A stretch of DNA of 56,604 nt from a virus. Positions 26,012 through 34,057 of this stretch are shown here, piece after piece. The stretch spans positions 1 through 56,604 of IMG/VR virus record IMGVR_UViG_3300045988_114323; one strand, given 5' to 3'. The notes beneath the pieces were generated by a model. The model was given only the letters and a program-made list of their open reading frames with translations. It was not told the origin of the DNA and did not search any database. Every line of letters begins with the position of its first letter. Within the stretch, counting starts at the first letter, position 1. A program made the position numbers and the translations under genes.

Positions 26012-26923
26012 ATGAAAATATGTCCAAGGTGTAACACGTTAAATGCTGATAATGCATGTTATTGTGAAAAGTGTGGGAATGATATAAAAGGCATTCCGTT
26101 GTATAACAATACAAAAGCGTCGAAGCGGTCTCCTAAGCGGCGTGTCATATTGCTTATTATTTCTTTTTGCTTAATTATTGGATTTTCTGTTTTCGTGGCA
26201 GAATCAGACAGAGACACAAAGCAAAACACAATTCGTTCAATGAATGCCGATAAAGAAAAACTAAAAGAAAAGAAAAACTATGAAAAAAAGAAAAATAATT
26301 CGTCTACAGAGGAAACAGCACCTGTTCAAAAAGAAGATGCTTTTTTAACAAATTTAAAAACAGTTCTTGACCCTACTGTATCTGAAACAGCGTATGATAT
26401 TTTGAAAAATCAAATAGGGTTCTCGAAGCTTGAATATGTCTCTAAAATGGGCGAAACATCAAATTATGAGATAAAGTGTGATGGCATAGATATGGTTCTG
26501 ACAGCTAGTGATAAAGTGTATCGTATCTTTATTCCAAGTAGTTCTTATGTGTTCTATGAGGATGACGCAGTAAAACTAACTGCAAAACAATATTCTGACA
26601 GAACTATTGATTATGATAAGCAGTCTAGGTATTATATAATAGCAACAGAGATAGTTAGCTCAGTATTAGCCGACCCAAGTTCAGCTGATTTTCCATCCGT
26701 TGTGACTAATGCCGGGGAAATTACAATGCAAAGGAATGGAAGTCTTGTGGCAATACAAAGCTATGTTGATTCAAATAATTATTATGGTCAAAAAGTTAGA
26801 AGCAATTTTACCGTTGAATTTGTTGTCACTGACATGGACAGCTTCGCTTATGAAGTAAAATATATCAATGTCGATGGTCAAACGAGTGGAGAGTTTATAG
26901 ATATAGACAGCTGGTCTGAATAA
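26012..26923 (+). CDS. Zinc-ribbon / single-TM / extracellular-domain protein
   Basis: N-terminus CPRCN...CYCEKCG, then the TM segment ILLIISFCLIIGFSVFV. Confidence 0.65.
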   Translation: MKICPRCNTLNADNACYCEKCGNDIKGIPLYNNTKASKRSPKRRVILLIISFCLIIGFSVFVAESDRDTKQNTIRSMNADKEKLKEKKNYEKKKNNSSTEETAPVQKEDAFLTNLKTVLDPTVSETAYDILKNQIGFSKLEYVSKMGETSNYEIKCDGIDMVLTASDKVYRIFIPSSSYVFYEDDAVKLTAKQYSDRTIDYDKQSRYYIIATEIVSSVLADPSSADFPSVVTNAGEITMQRNGSLVAIQSYVDSNNYYGQKVRSNFTVEFVVTDMDSFAYEVKYINVDGQTSGEFIDIDSWSE

Positions 26924-26931
26924 TATATTCT

Positions 26932-26962
26932 AAAGCAACTTACAAAAAGTAGGTTGCTTTTT
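26932..26962 (+). terminator. Intrinsic terminator
   Basis: AAGCAACTTAC-AAAAA-GTAGGTTGCTTTTT. Confidence 0.6.
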
Positions 26963-26970
26963 ATTTTCTC

Positions 26971-26999
26971 TTGACATTGAGCGCTCAATTTGGTAATAT
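26971..26999 (+). promoter_or_regulatory. Promoter with palindromic operator in the spacer
   Basis: TTGACA-17 nt-TAATAT. The spacer starts with the perfect palindrome TTGAGCGCTCAA (26977-26988). Confidence 0.6.
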
Positions 27000-27041
27000 A
27001 CAGTTGTAGCAAGAAAATAGCAATAAGAAAGGAGTGGTACA

Positions 27042-27224
27042 GTGTCTCCGAAGTTGGGACAGAAGCTTACTGATAATCCTAAAAACGTGCAACTTAATTT
27101 AAGGCTTACGAAACAAGAAGCAGAAGATATTCAGTATTGCGCCGATAAGCTTCACACGACAAGAGTTGATGTGGTAAATAGGGGAGTCAGGAAAGTAAAA
27201 GAAGAAATTGACAAAACAAAATAG
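27042..27224 (+). CDS. Ribbon-helix-helix (CopG/MobC-like) protein
   Basis: GTG start after AAGGAG. LNLRLTKQEAEDIQYCADKL is a typical RHH N-terminal strand-helix. Confidence 0.5.
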   Translation: MSPKLGQKLTDNPKNVQLNLRLTKQEAEDIQYCADKLHTTRVDVVNRGVRKVKEEIDKTK

Positions 27225-27438
27225 AGATCCACCCACCGACCAAGGAAAAATGAATCTCTAAAAAGACTTCCACAGGAAGTACCCATGCGTTATTATAACA
27301 CGGATGCTTTCTGTGGGCAAGGTAAAGTTAATCAATGTGGACAGGTAACTATTAATAATTATTATATGGCACGATTTCAGTAGCGAGTTTGACTGCACTG
27401 TTTGCATTGATTGACTTTTTGAATACAGGAGGTATTTT

Positions 27439-27579
27439 ATGAATAATCAAAGATGTATAATGATTCCAGTTGCACAGTATAACCAGATGGTACAGTCTTA
27501 TGATAAGGCTCTAGCAGAACTTGAAGAACTGCGTACAATGATTAAGAATATGACGAAAGGTGTGGCTGAGAATGAATAA
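27439..27579 (+). CDS. Small protein (46 aa)
   Basis: AGGAGG RBS. Below the track cut-off. Confidence 0.45.
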   Translation: MNNQRCIMIPVAQYNQMVQSYDKALAELEELRTMIKNMTKGVAENE

Positions 27580-27820
27580 ATTTTTTGAATTATCATTTAT
27601 AAATCACATTAGAAATAATGATGATTTATCCCTTGCATTTGATAAATGCTATGAGCCATTAGTAGAAAAGCTGAGAGAAATACTTAGTGATAGGAATTGC
27701 ACTGAGTTGGAAGATATTCTTTCAGACTGTTCCTGTAATGCTCTGCACTTAGCTGGCGTAGTAGGAATGGAACTTGCTGTTGGAGTTATGAATGGCACTA
27801 TTGAACAGACAATCGAATAG
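27572..27820 (+). CDS. Hypothetical protein
   Basis: Internal ATG of track ORF 27560..27820, overlapping the upstream stop. Confidence 0.5.
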   Translation: MNKFFELSFINHIRNNDDLSLAFDKCYEPLVEKLREILSDRNCTELEDILSDCSCNALHLAGVVGMELAVGVMNGTIEQTIE

Positions 27821-27833
27821 GGGGATAATTATT

Positions 27834-28091
27834 ATGGAAGAGTTCGCAAAGATGATATACGAACAATGGTGTAAAGGAAACGAAGACCGGGATGTATATT
27901 TAAAAAAAGGAGAAGAACTGGTAGACGAGTTGCACGAAGTATTGTCACTTAAGTTGTCAGAAAAAATTTACGAGACATTTTGTGATAGTAGCCTTGAAAT
28001 AGAGGAAAGATCATTTATTGCTGGGTTTAGTTACGCTTGCAAGTGTCTGTCAAACGGAAAAGTTGAGATTGGCGGTGGTTTGAATGAATAA
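27834..28091 (+). CDS. Hypothetical protein
   Basis: GGGGGA RBS before ATG 27834. Confidence 0.5.
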   Translation: MEEFAKMIYEQWCKGNEDRDVYLKKGEELVDELHEVLSLKLSEKIYETFCDSSLEIEERSFIAGFSYACKCLSNGKVEIGGGLNE

Positions 28092-28767
28092 TGTCGTCAC
28101 TGTAGAAAACACGGAAATGCAGATCAGAGAGTACAACGGTCAGCGAGTGGTTACTTTCAAGGATATTGATACTGTGCATCAAAACAAGGATGGAACAGCC
28201 AAGAGGAATTTTTCCAGAAACAAAAAATATCTTATTGACGGAGAGGATTATTATTTTGCAACAAGAGATTTTTCTAAAAGTCTCAATTTGTCCCCTTTGA
28301 ATATTGATATTCCTACAAGGGGAATAACGTTGTTGACAGAAACCGGATATTTGATGTTAGTTAAATCATTCCGAGATGACCTTGCGTGGAAAGTACAGCG
28401 ACAGCTTGTAAAGTCATACTTCCAGAAGCCATTGCTTAATCTGGCAGAGAAGTATAAACGACCAGTATCGAACTGTCCAGCACCACTTGCAACGGACTTT
28501 TACAACACGAATTGGGAGAAAATAAGCTGTTGCAAGAGAGCAAATTCACTTCCAGAGAGTGATATTTTGGATGTAGTCTTTGCTTATGTATCCAGGAAGT
28601 ATGATTTTGATATAGCAGAGAGGATGTATGAGGATCAAGTTGGACACAAGCCGAAAAATAGGATGGACGTTCTGGACTTCTTCCCAGAAATGAAAGCACG
28701 AGCGCAATTAGCGATTGATGGATTGTACGGAAATGCATTGAAAATGGAAGAAGAAAAAAGCAAATAA
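28084..28767 (+). CDS. ORF6N/KilA-N-like DNA-binding (antirepressor-type) protein
   Basis: IREYNGQRVVTFKDIDTVHQ...RNFSRNKKYLIDGEDYY...TETGYLMLVKSF matches the ORF6N pattern. Confidence 0.6.
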   Translation: MNNVVTVENTEMQIREYNGQRVVTFKDIDTVHQNKDGTAKRNFSRNKKYLIDGEDYYFATRDFSKSLNLSPLNIDIPTRGITLLTETGYLMLVKSFRDDLAWKVQRQLVKSYFQKPLLNLAEKYKRPVSNCPAPLATDFYNTNWEKISCCKRANSLPESDILDVVFAYVSRKYDFDIAERMYEDQVGHKPKNRMDVLDFFPEMKARAQLAIDGLYGNALKMEEEKSK

Positions 28768-28813
28768 AACAGAGGAGCCACTGCTTTGTGTAGTGGCTCT
28801 AGTTATAATATTA

Positions 28814-28963
28814 AGTATATAATGACCATTATATAAGGTGAATTATATAAGGTACATTATATAATGGGTAAAATGTGTAAAACAGTAAATACAAGGCTTT
28901 ACGAGATGTTTATACTATAATGGTCATTATATAAGTGGTATTATATAATGGCACTTATATAGG
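28814..28963. repeat. Iteron/operator array ATTATATAA(G/T)G: two clusters of three at 14-bp spacing
   Basis: Copies start at 28828, 28842, 28856, 28926 and 28940. Degenerate copies are near 28814 and 28953. Confidence 0.75.
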
Positions 28964-28972
28964 AGGTATACG

Positions 28973-29323
28973 GTGATGAAGAAGACAGCGGATTATACAA
29001 TGAATGCGATCAACAGATATAATGAGAAAAAGGATGTTGCAAAGGTGCTTTTCCCAAAAGGAACGAAAGACAGGATTAAGGCAGCAGGATATTCAATCAA
29101 CGGATTTGTCAATGAAGCGGTTAAGCGTATGCTTGATGAACTGGAAGCAGTAGAAGAAAAACCAGTTGAGGTCAAGAAAACCGGACCGGTTAATCTTACA
29201 GAATTGCAGAAAGTGTTAGACCAGAAAATAGCAGCACGGAAAATTGGCGTTGTCGATATGGAAAAGGAAAAAGTTCGGAAAGTGTCAAAGATGGAAGCCG
29301 AAAAGTTGGATAGCGAAGAATAG
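28973..29323 (+). CDS. Arc/CopG-like regulator, paralog 1
   Basis: FPKGTKDRIKAAGYSINGFVNEAVKRML parallels FPLGTKDRIKKLTGKSCNAFIKETVLNEL in 31603..31812. Confidence 0.55.
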   Translation: MMKKTADYTMNAINRYNEKKDVAKVLFPKGTKDRIKAAGYSINGFVNEAVKRMLDELEAVEEKPVEVKKTGPVNLTELQKVLDQKIAARKIGVVDMEKEKVRKVSKMEAEKLDSEE

Positions 29324-29375
29324 GATTTAAAAAGGAACTTAAATTTCGATTTGAGATTTGAGTTCCTATTTTTGT

Positions 29376-29580
29376 TTCCGCTGAAGAAGTGAAATTTTTG
29401 TAAAAAATAAAAAACTTTTAATTTTTTTCTCAAAATTCTACCAAAAAATATTGCACAATTTTTTGATACCCCCCTAGGGTGTGAAAAATTATATATAAAA
29501 GTTGATTTAGCGACTATTTCAATATTCTGATCAAAAGTGGAAAATTTTTTCTTGAAGTTCGTGAAAATTAGTTGCACGGG
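29376..29580. other. AT-rich non-coding region with four GTG(G)AAAAWTT repeats (DnaA-box-like) and a TGCAC-GG-GTGCA palindrome
   Basis: Repeats at 29389, 29481, 29537 and 29561. Their reverse complements (TTTTCCACT, TTTTTCACA) match 7 of 9 positions of TTATCCACA. Confidence 0.35.
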
Positions 29581-29815
29581 TGCAGAAAATAGACTTGCCA
29601 GCCGGAAAAGCTACAAGATGCCCGGATATGGTCAAAATGTCACTTGTTTCCGTCCGCTGGTCTTCGTTCTGCTGACTGGAGACAGCCAGCCCCAGAACGG
29701 CACAAAGTGTGTACTACTTTAAAAATAGCATATAATCACATCGCGTGTCAATATATCCGTGCGAATTTGGACAATCTGTCACCGGATCAATTGCAAAAGT
29801 CTAAAAGCGGCACGA

Positions 29816-29838
29816 GAAAAAGCCGGATACAGTCCGGC
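29816..29838 (-). terminator. Intrinsic terminator of the leftward operon
   Basis: GCCGGA-TACAG-TCCGGC stem with a T-run on the minus strand. Confidence 0.7.
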
Positions 29839-30099
29839 TTATACGCACACAAAATCGCCTTGCATACCTGTATTGATTATATATTTACCGTCTTTTTTTC
29901 TGCGGTAAACAACACCGCACCCATCAAGAGTAGACCATACAAGCCAACCTGGCTGCGTTAACGCTTCTCCGGTTTTTGGATCCATCCAAGCAAAAGCTGG
30001 ACGAATCCCGGCGCGCTCCTGTTCCTTTGCATTTTCTATTATTTCGAAAGCTGTGTATAGCTTGCTTCCGTTTCTTGTTTTTATGATATATGTTTTCAT
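29839..30099 (-). CDS. Hypothetical protein (leftward island)
   Basis: ORF track. Last gene before the terminator. Confidence 0.55.
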   Translation of the reverse strand: MKTYIIKTRNGSKLYTAFEIIENAKEQERAGIRPAFAWMDPKTGEALTQPGWLVWSTLDGCGVVYRRKKDGKYIINTGMQGDFVCV

Positions 30100-30150
30100 T
30101 TCTTTTCCTCACTTTCACAAAAACCCGGACGGAATAACCGCCCGGAAAGA

Positions 30151-30342
30151 TTATATAATATTGCTTTGGTATGCTACCCAGAAGCAGAACGCCCCGACCA
30201 GATAGCAAGCGAACAACACGCACGCAAACGTCAGTAGCTCAACTGTTTTCCGTTTGATATATCGGGCAAGCATTCGCCGCCCATGTTTTTCTACAAGCTT
30301 TACCCACTCGTTATAGGTGTATACTGTTTCCACGGTTTCCAC
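30151..30342 (-). CDS. Small protein with C-terminal TM helix
   Basis: ORF track. Hydrophobic tail LLTFACVLFACYLVGAFCFWVAY. Confidence 0.5.
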   Translation of the reverse strand: METVETVYTYNEWVKLVEKHGRRMLARYIKRKTVELLTFACVLFACYLVGAFCFWVAYQSNII

Positions 30343-30345
30343 CTC

Positions 30346-30537
30346 CTAACATGTGATAGGGTAAACGGCGTTTCGTGCCTGTTCTACCATGTACCCCAAT
30401 TCATAGAGTACATTTTTCACTTTATCAGTCTTTGTGTAAACTGGATAACCTGCGCGGAGGTCGTGCAGATCTCTTTTTAACTCTCTTTTTTCCATGCGTG
30501 AGAGCTTGTATATATAACCGTAATATGCTTTTTTCAT
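30346..30537 (-). CDS. Hypothetical small protein
   Basis: ORF track. Lies 3 nt from the downstream gene. Confidence 0.5.
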   Translation of the reverse strand: MKKAYYGYIYKLSRMEKRELKRDLHDLRAGYPVYTKTDKVKNVLYELGYMVEQARNAVYPITC

Positions 30538-30613
30538 GCTTTCCCTTTCTCGCCTGCCATCATCAGCGCAACGGGGCGAATCGTTACGGACTCCCAGGAA
30601 TGGGAGTTTCGGC

Positions 30614-30859
30614 TTATTTTATCAATTTTTTGACTTCCTTTTGTTTCCGTTCGTTTTCTTTCTTGGTTATGCTGGAATCATCAAAAGCCACGATACAACC
30701 ATCAGAAACGAGCGCAGCAGCCATTTTTATGGGGTCTATTTTTGGGAATCTGCATAAATACTCAATGACATTCATTCTTGTTTCGCCGTCCATTCCTAGC
30801 CTTTTTTTGTAATGCTCAAACATTCTATTTTCTTTTTCCTGTGCTGTTTCTTTTCTCAT
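30614..30859 (-). CDS. Hypothetical small protein
   Basis: ORF track. Same strand as the rest of the operon. Confidence 0.5.
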   Translation of the reverse strand: MRKETAQEKENRMFEHYKKRLGMDGETRMNVIEYLCRFPKIDPIKMAAALVSDGCIVAFDDSSITKKENERKQKEVKKLIK

Positions 30860-30943
30860 ACAATTTTTACCTTCCTTTCATGTTTTGCCCTGTCTCATCG
30901 GTGCAGGTAGGGCGGTTCCTACAGACGCCCGGAGGCGTTTCGA

Positions 30944-31324
30944 CTATGATATTCTCATAAAAATATCAATTGTAAGCTCTGCGGCGGCTCTTTTTCGGCC
31001 ACTCCAGTAGCCGCGCCGCTTGTTTTTCAATGCCTTGGCTGCCGTCTGGAGGCTATTAACTCCAACGTTTGCGGCATCGTTTAATTTTCTCCATTCCTCC
31101 GGGGTAACTCTTATGGCTTTGAGTGTTGCTGGGTTGATTTCGTAATTATCTTTATCTCCCGGGTGTAGGTCTTCACATAACGGAATATAGTCATGTGTTC
31201 CCATATTTTCCCCGATATTCCAGATGAAGAAATTTACTGGGATTCTTTCTACGATCTCGTACACATCGGTTTTTCCGAAATATTCTGAATAAATTTTCCC
31301 GTTTTCGATTTTGATTTTTCTCAT
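30944..31324 (-). CDS. Hypothetical protein (first gene of the leftward operon)
   Basis: ORF track, 126 aa. Confidence 0.55.
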   Translation of the reverse strand: MRKIKIENGKIYSEYFGKTDVYEIVERIPVNFFIWNIGENMGTHDYIPLCEDLHPGDKDNYEINPATLKAIRVTPEEWRKLNDAANVGVNSLQTAAKALKNKRRGYWSGRKRAAAELTIDIFMRIS

Positions 31325-31456
31325 TTCTCTTTTCCCTTTCGCCCTGTTATAATTGGGCTACCTTTCTTTTTTTGATTGGTGCCGATTGGGTTTAGTTGTC
31401 AGCTGTGCCGATCGGCTTTTTGTTATCTCGTTTCTATGGCTATATATTACATGATA

Positions 31457-31565
31457 TTAGGCACAAATACAATATGCAGAATATACAAATATTAAGCACA
31501 AATAAATATATGAAATTGTGCAATATTTATTAGGCACAAATTTTACTTGAAAATTAAGCACTAAT
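31457..31565. repeat. Iteron array TTA(G/A)GCAC(A/T)AAT, four direct copies
   Basis: Copies at 31457, 31492, 31530 and 31554. A partial inverted copy (ATTGTGCAAT) lies near 31514. Confidence 0.75.
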
Positions 31566-31575
31566 ATAATATAAT
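31547..31575 (+). promoter_or_regulatory. Promoter with an iteron in the spacer
   Basis: TTGAAA-17 nt-TATAAT. The spacer contains TTAAGCACTAAT. Confidence 0.6.
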
Positions 31576-31602
31576 GTAGAAAAAAGAACGGAGGATTTGA
31601 GA

Positions 31603-31812
31603 ATGCCAGAATATACAGAAAAGCAGAAAGAACAGCGAAGAAAAGCAGTTGCAACATATATGAAAACGGTTGATCGTGTCAATTGCCAATTCCCATTGGG
31701 AACAAAAGACAGGATAAAAAAACTTACTGGAAAGAGCTGCAACGCATTTATAAAAGAAACGGTATTGAACGAGCTAAACAAGATAGAAAGAAAAAAAGCA
31801 AAACAAAATTAA
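31603..31812 (+). CDS. Arc/CopG-like regulator, paralog 2
   Basis: GGAGGA lies 7 nt before ATG 31603. Shares the FP.GTKDRIK...N.F..E.V motif with 28973..29323. Confidence 0.55.
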   Translation: MPEYTEKQKEQRRKAVATYMKTVDRVNCQFPLGTKDRIKKLTGKSCNAFIKETVLNELNKIERKKAKQN

Positions 31813-31865
31813 GCACAAATAAATATTTAAAAACTATTGACATTAGGCACAAATAATCGTATAAT
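31809..31865 (+). promoter_or_regulatory. Two further iterons and a consensus promoter
   Basis: TTAAGCACAAAT at 31809. TTGACA(31837)-17 nt-TATAAT(31860), with TTAGGCACAAAT filling the spacer. Confidence 0.65.
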
Positions 31866-31924
31866 AATACTTGTAAGGAAGATAACTTACAAGTTACCGA
31901 GGCAAGACGGAGAAAGGAGAAAAC

Positions 31925-32080
31925 ATGGAACGAATGGGAATGACAGATAAACAATTCAACGGGTTCATAAGATTTTTAATTGACGACCTGAAAGAAGCCA
32001 AGGAAGAAGAAGACGCAGAAAAGAAAAACGCAAGGATCCAGAAGATACTGGAAAACCTGCAAAGCACTTTGGAAGATTAA
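31925..32080 (+). CDS. Small acidic coiled-coil protein (51 aa)
   Basis: AAGGAGA RBS. Downstream of the 31837 promoter. Confidence 0.45.
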   Translation: MERMGMTDKQFNGFIRFLIDDLKEAKEEEDAEKKNARIQKILENLQSTLED

Positions 32081-32195
32081 AAAAGAGCCGTATAACAACA
32101 GCTCAGACACACAAGAGAGGGCGGAGCTTGCCGCCGCTCTCAAGTAAATTAATTATAGCAGATTGGATAAAATGAATCAATTCCAAGAAAGGTGA

Positions 32196-32390
32196 ATGAA
32201 TATGAAAAGATATGAATTTGTAGGAACGAACGAGCTGACAGAAAAAGCGTTTGCTGTATATAGTGATAGCTCTTTTACATTCTGGAAAGACGGAGAAACA
32301 TTTTTCTATAGCGATAATCCGAGAAGCGAAAAAGTAAAACTCGGAACGCTGGAGGATGTAAATGAATTTCTTGAATCGTTTGCAGAATAA
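32196..32390 (+). CDS. Hypothetical small protein
   Basis: ORF track. AAGGTGA RBS. Confidence 0.5.
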   Translation: MNMKRYEFVGTNELTEKAFAVYSDSSFTFWKDGETFFYSDNPRSEKVKLGTLEDVNEFLESFAE

Positions 32391-32413
32391 AATTTAATAT
32401 CAGTCATCAAAAG

Positions 32414-32437
32414 GCGATCTTTTTAGGTCGCTTTTTT
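32414..32437 (+). terminator. Intrinsic terminator
   Basis: GCGATC-TTTTTA-GGTCGC stem followed by T6. Confidence 0.6.
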
Positions 32438-32670
32438 ATTTCTGTTTTATGCGGTTATGTAAAATAAACTGCTTTTTGAATGGTTGTGTTATGTATATCA
32501 ATTCAAGAAACGGTAAAAAATTTGTTAAATTTGGTTAACTGATTTTACTAAAAAATTAAGTAAACCAATGCAACCGAATGTATCATGCGATAAATGGCTA
32601 GAATACAACGTTTGTAAAGGTTTTTGCAAGTGATTATTTTTGGGAAAACTAGAACGCAGTCTATTGACTC

Positions 32671-32796
32671 GAAAAACGAAAAACGAAATGAAAAACAAGA
32701 CACACGCCACAAACCATTGTATTTACTGCGGTTAACGAGTTAACAGAGAGTTAACGAAAAACAAAGTGAAAACCTAATGAAAAACAAATGAAAAAC
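32671..32796. repeat. Cluster of (T)GAAAAAC repeats (about 8 copies) and three GTTAAC sites
   Basis: GAAAAAC at 32671, 32678, 32690, 32756, 32779 and 32790, with a shorter GAAAAC copy at 32768. The last three (32768, 32779, 32790) are spaced 11 bp apart. GTTAAC at 32731, 32739 and 32750. Confidence 0.7.
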
Positions 32797-32923
32797 CTAC
32801 AATTATAAAAGAAATAAAAGAAAGGGAAGAATATTATATAGCTGTTTTTTGTGATTTTGAGAATTTCTGAAAATGATATTATTATGATACAGTCAAGGAA
32901 AACACCTTTGTTTTAAAAATCTA

Positions 32924-32952
32924 TTGACAATATTGTTTATATGGTGTATCTT
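32924..32952 (+). promoter_or_regulatory. Candidate promoter of the packaging operon
   Basis: TTGACA-17 nt-TATCTT. Confidence 0.4.
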
Positions 32953-32999
32953 GTATACAAGAACTAAAGCTCAATAGCGGACTGGATAAATTAATATAT

Positions 33000-33142
33000 A
33001 TCTAGTCGATGCCCTGGCAGGATTGCCGAGGATGCCGGATAGGGTAGGCTATTGGGAGGAAGGGCAAGGACGGCAACGGGAAACCGTGAAGCATTCGCCA
33101 GCTTGTGGGATCAGATAATGGTCTTGCTTGCTGGCGTTTTTT
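33000..33142 (+). ncRNA. GC-rich structured leader upstream of terS, ending in an intrinsic terminator (class unknown)
   Basis: Local stems GCCCT/AGGGC, GGCA/TGCC and ACGG/CCGT. A long imperfect hairpin at 33096-33136 is followed by T6. Confidence 0.4.
33096..33142 (+). terminator. Intrinsic terminator 31 nt upstream of the terS start
   Basis: CGCCAGCTTGTGGGAT-loop-GTCTTGCTTGCTGGCG stem followed by TTTTTT. Confidence 0.6.
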
Positions 33143-33172
33143 ATTTGGGGAAAACGGCAGGAGGTGAACAAC

Positions 33173-33841
33173 ATGGAGCGGATCAGCGAAGAACGGGAAG
33201 AAGGTATAGAAATCTATGACGATGATATAGACCTGTACTTGGAGCAATTCAGAGAGGAGCAGAACATAGACGACTATAGAGAGATCAGTCAAAATGTTTG
33301 GAATGCTGCGCTAATGTATGTTCAGAAACATGTGTTTCCTGATAGATCAATGCTAAAGAGTACTAAGCTGACACCAGATATTGCCTGTATACCTACTACC
33401 TTCGGAGCCTATGACTATGATAAGCTTAACTCTATATGTGACAGATATATATATTTATGTGGGCTATATGATAAATTAGTAATGCCTATGGGTTTTAGTT
33501 ATTTAACAGGTGTAGGTGTAGATAATATATATAGCTGGGCTAATGGTGATAGTGGTAATCTAAGTAAGAGTAGCTCCGAGATTTTCAAAAAATTGAGAAT
33601 GTCTAGAGAGGATTCAATAGCGTCACGGCTAGGCGGTGGCAAGCAGAACCCGGTCGGATTAATTGCAATGCTGAACCACTACGACAACTGGAATATGCCA
33701 GGCGTCACAAGAGAGCTAGTAGACAGGCGGGCATTGACAGCGGATCAGCTTCCGCAGCTTGGAGCAAAAGCACCGGATGAATTGCCAGAAAAGATTGATC
33801 TAAATTATCCAGTTTCAGAAGTTGTAGACGATGACGGATAA
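33173..33841 (+). CDS. terS: Terminase small subunit
   Basis: AGGAGG RBS. GKQNPVGLIAMLNHYDNWN resembles the conserved terS C-terminal motif. Acidic N-terminus. Confidence 0.6.
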   Translation: MERISEEREEGIEIYDDDIDLYLEQFREEQNIDDYREISQNVWNAALMYVQKHVFPDRSMLKSTKLTPDIACIPTTFGAYDYDKLNSICDRYIYLCGLYDKLVMPMGFSYLTGVGVDNIYSWANGDSGNLSKSSSEIFKKLRMSREDSIASRLGGGKQNPVGLIAMLNHYDNWNMPGVTRELVDRRALTADQLPQLGAKAPDELPEKIDLNYPVSEVVDDDG

Positions 33842-34057
33842 GAGAATAAATAATATCATTGACTTGGTGGTGAAATTAATCAAAAACGCAAAGCTCTATA
33901 AGTCAAATTCGTGTTTTACGTATAGATCTATAAATGATTCAATGAACCACGTGTTGTTAATATACACCCCGGTGGGGGTCTTATGAGAATTGAAAAAGCG
34001 CACTACTAAGTCCCAAAAATATTCTCAAAAACAAAAAGGACTATAGGGAGATAAACA

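Noticed and set aside
29537-29961. Plus-strand track ORFs 29537..29722 and 29644..29961
   Set aside because: They have no RBS, run across a minus-strand terminator into the antisense of 29839..30099, and their composition looks non-coding.
33000-33142. Assigning the terS leader to a known riboswitch class (cobalamin, c-di-GMP-I, glycine, TPP, guanidine)
   Set aside because: Only short fragmentary resemblances were seen (GGGCAA, GGGAAACCGTGAA, GATCAGATAATGG). Core conserved boxes such as the B12 box, CUGAGA and ACGR loops are absent or out of order.
33002-33292. Minus-strand track ORF overlapping the terS leader and start
   Set aside because: It has no RBS, is antisense to a well-supported gene and lies over the structured GC-rich leader. 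It is probably an artefact of local GC richness.
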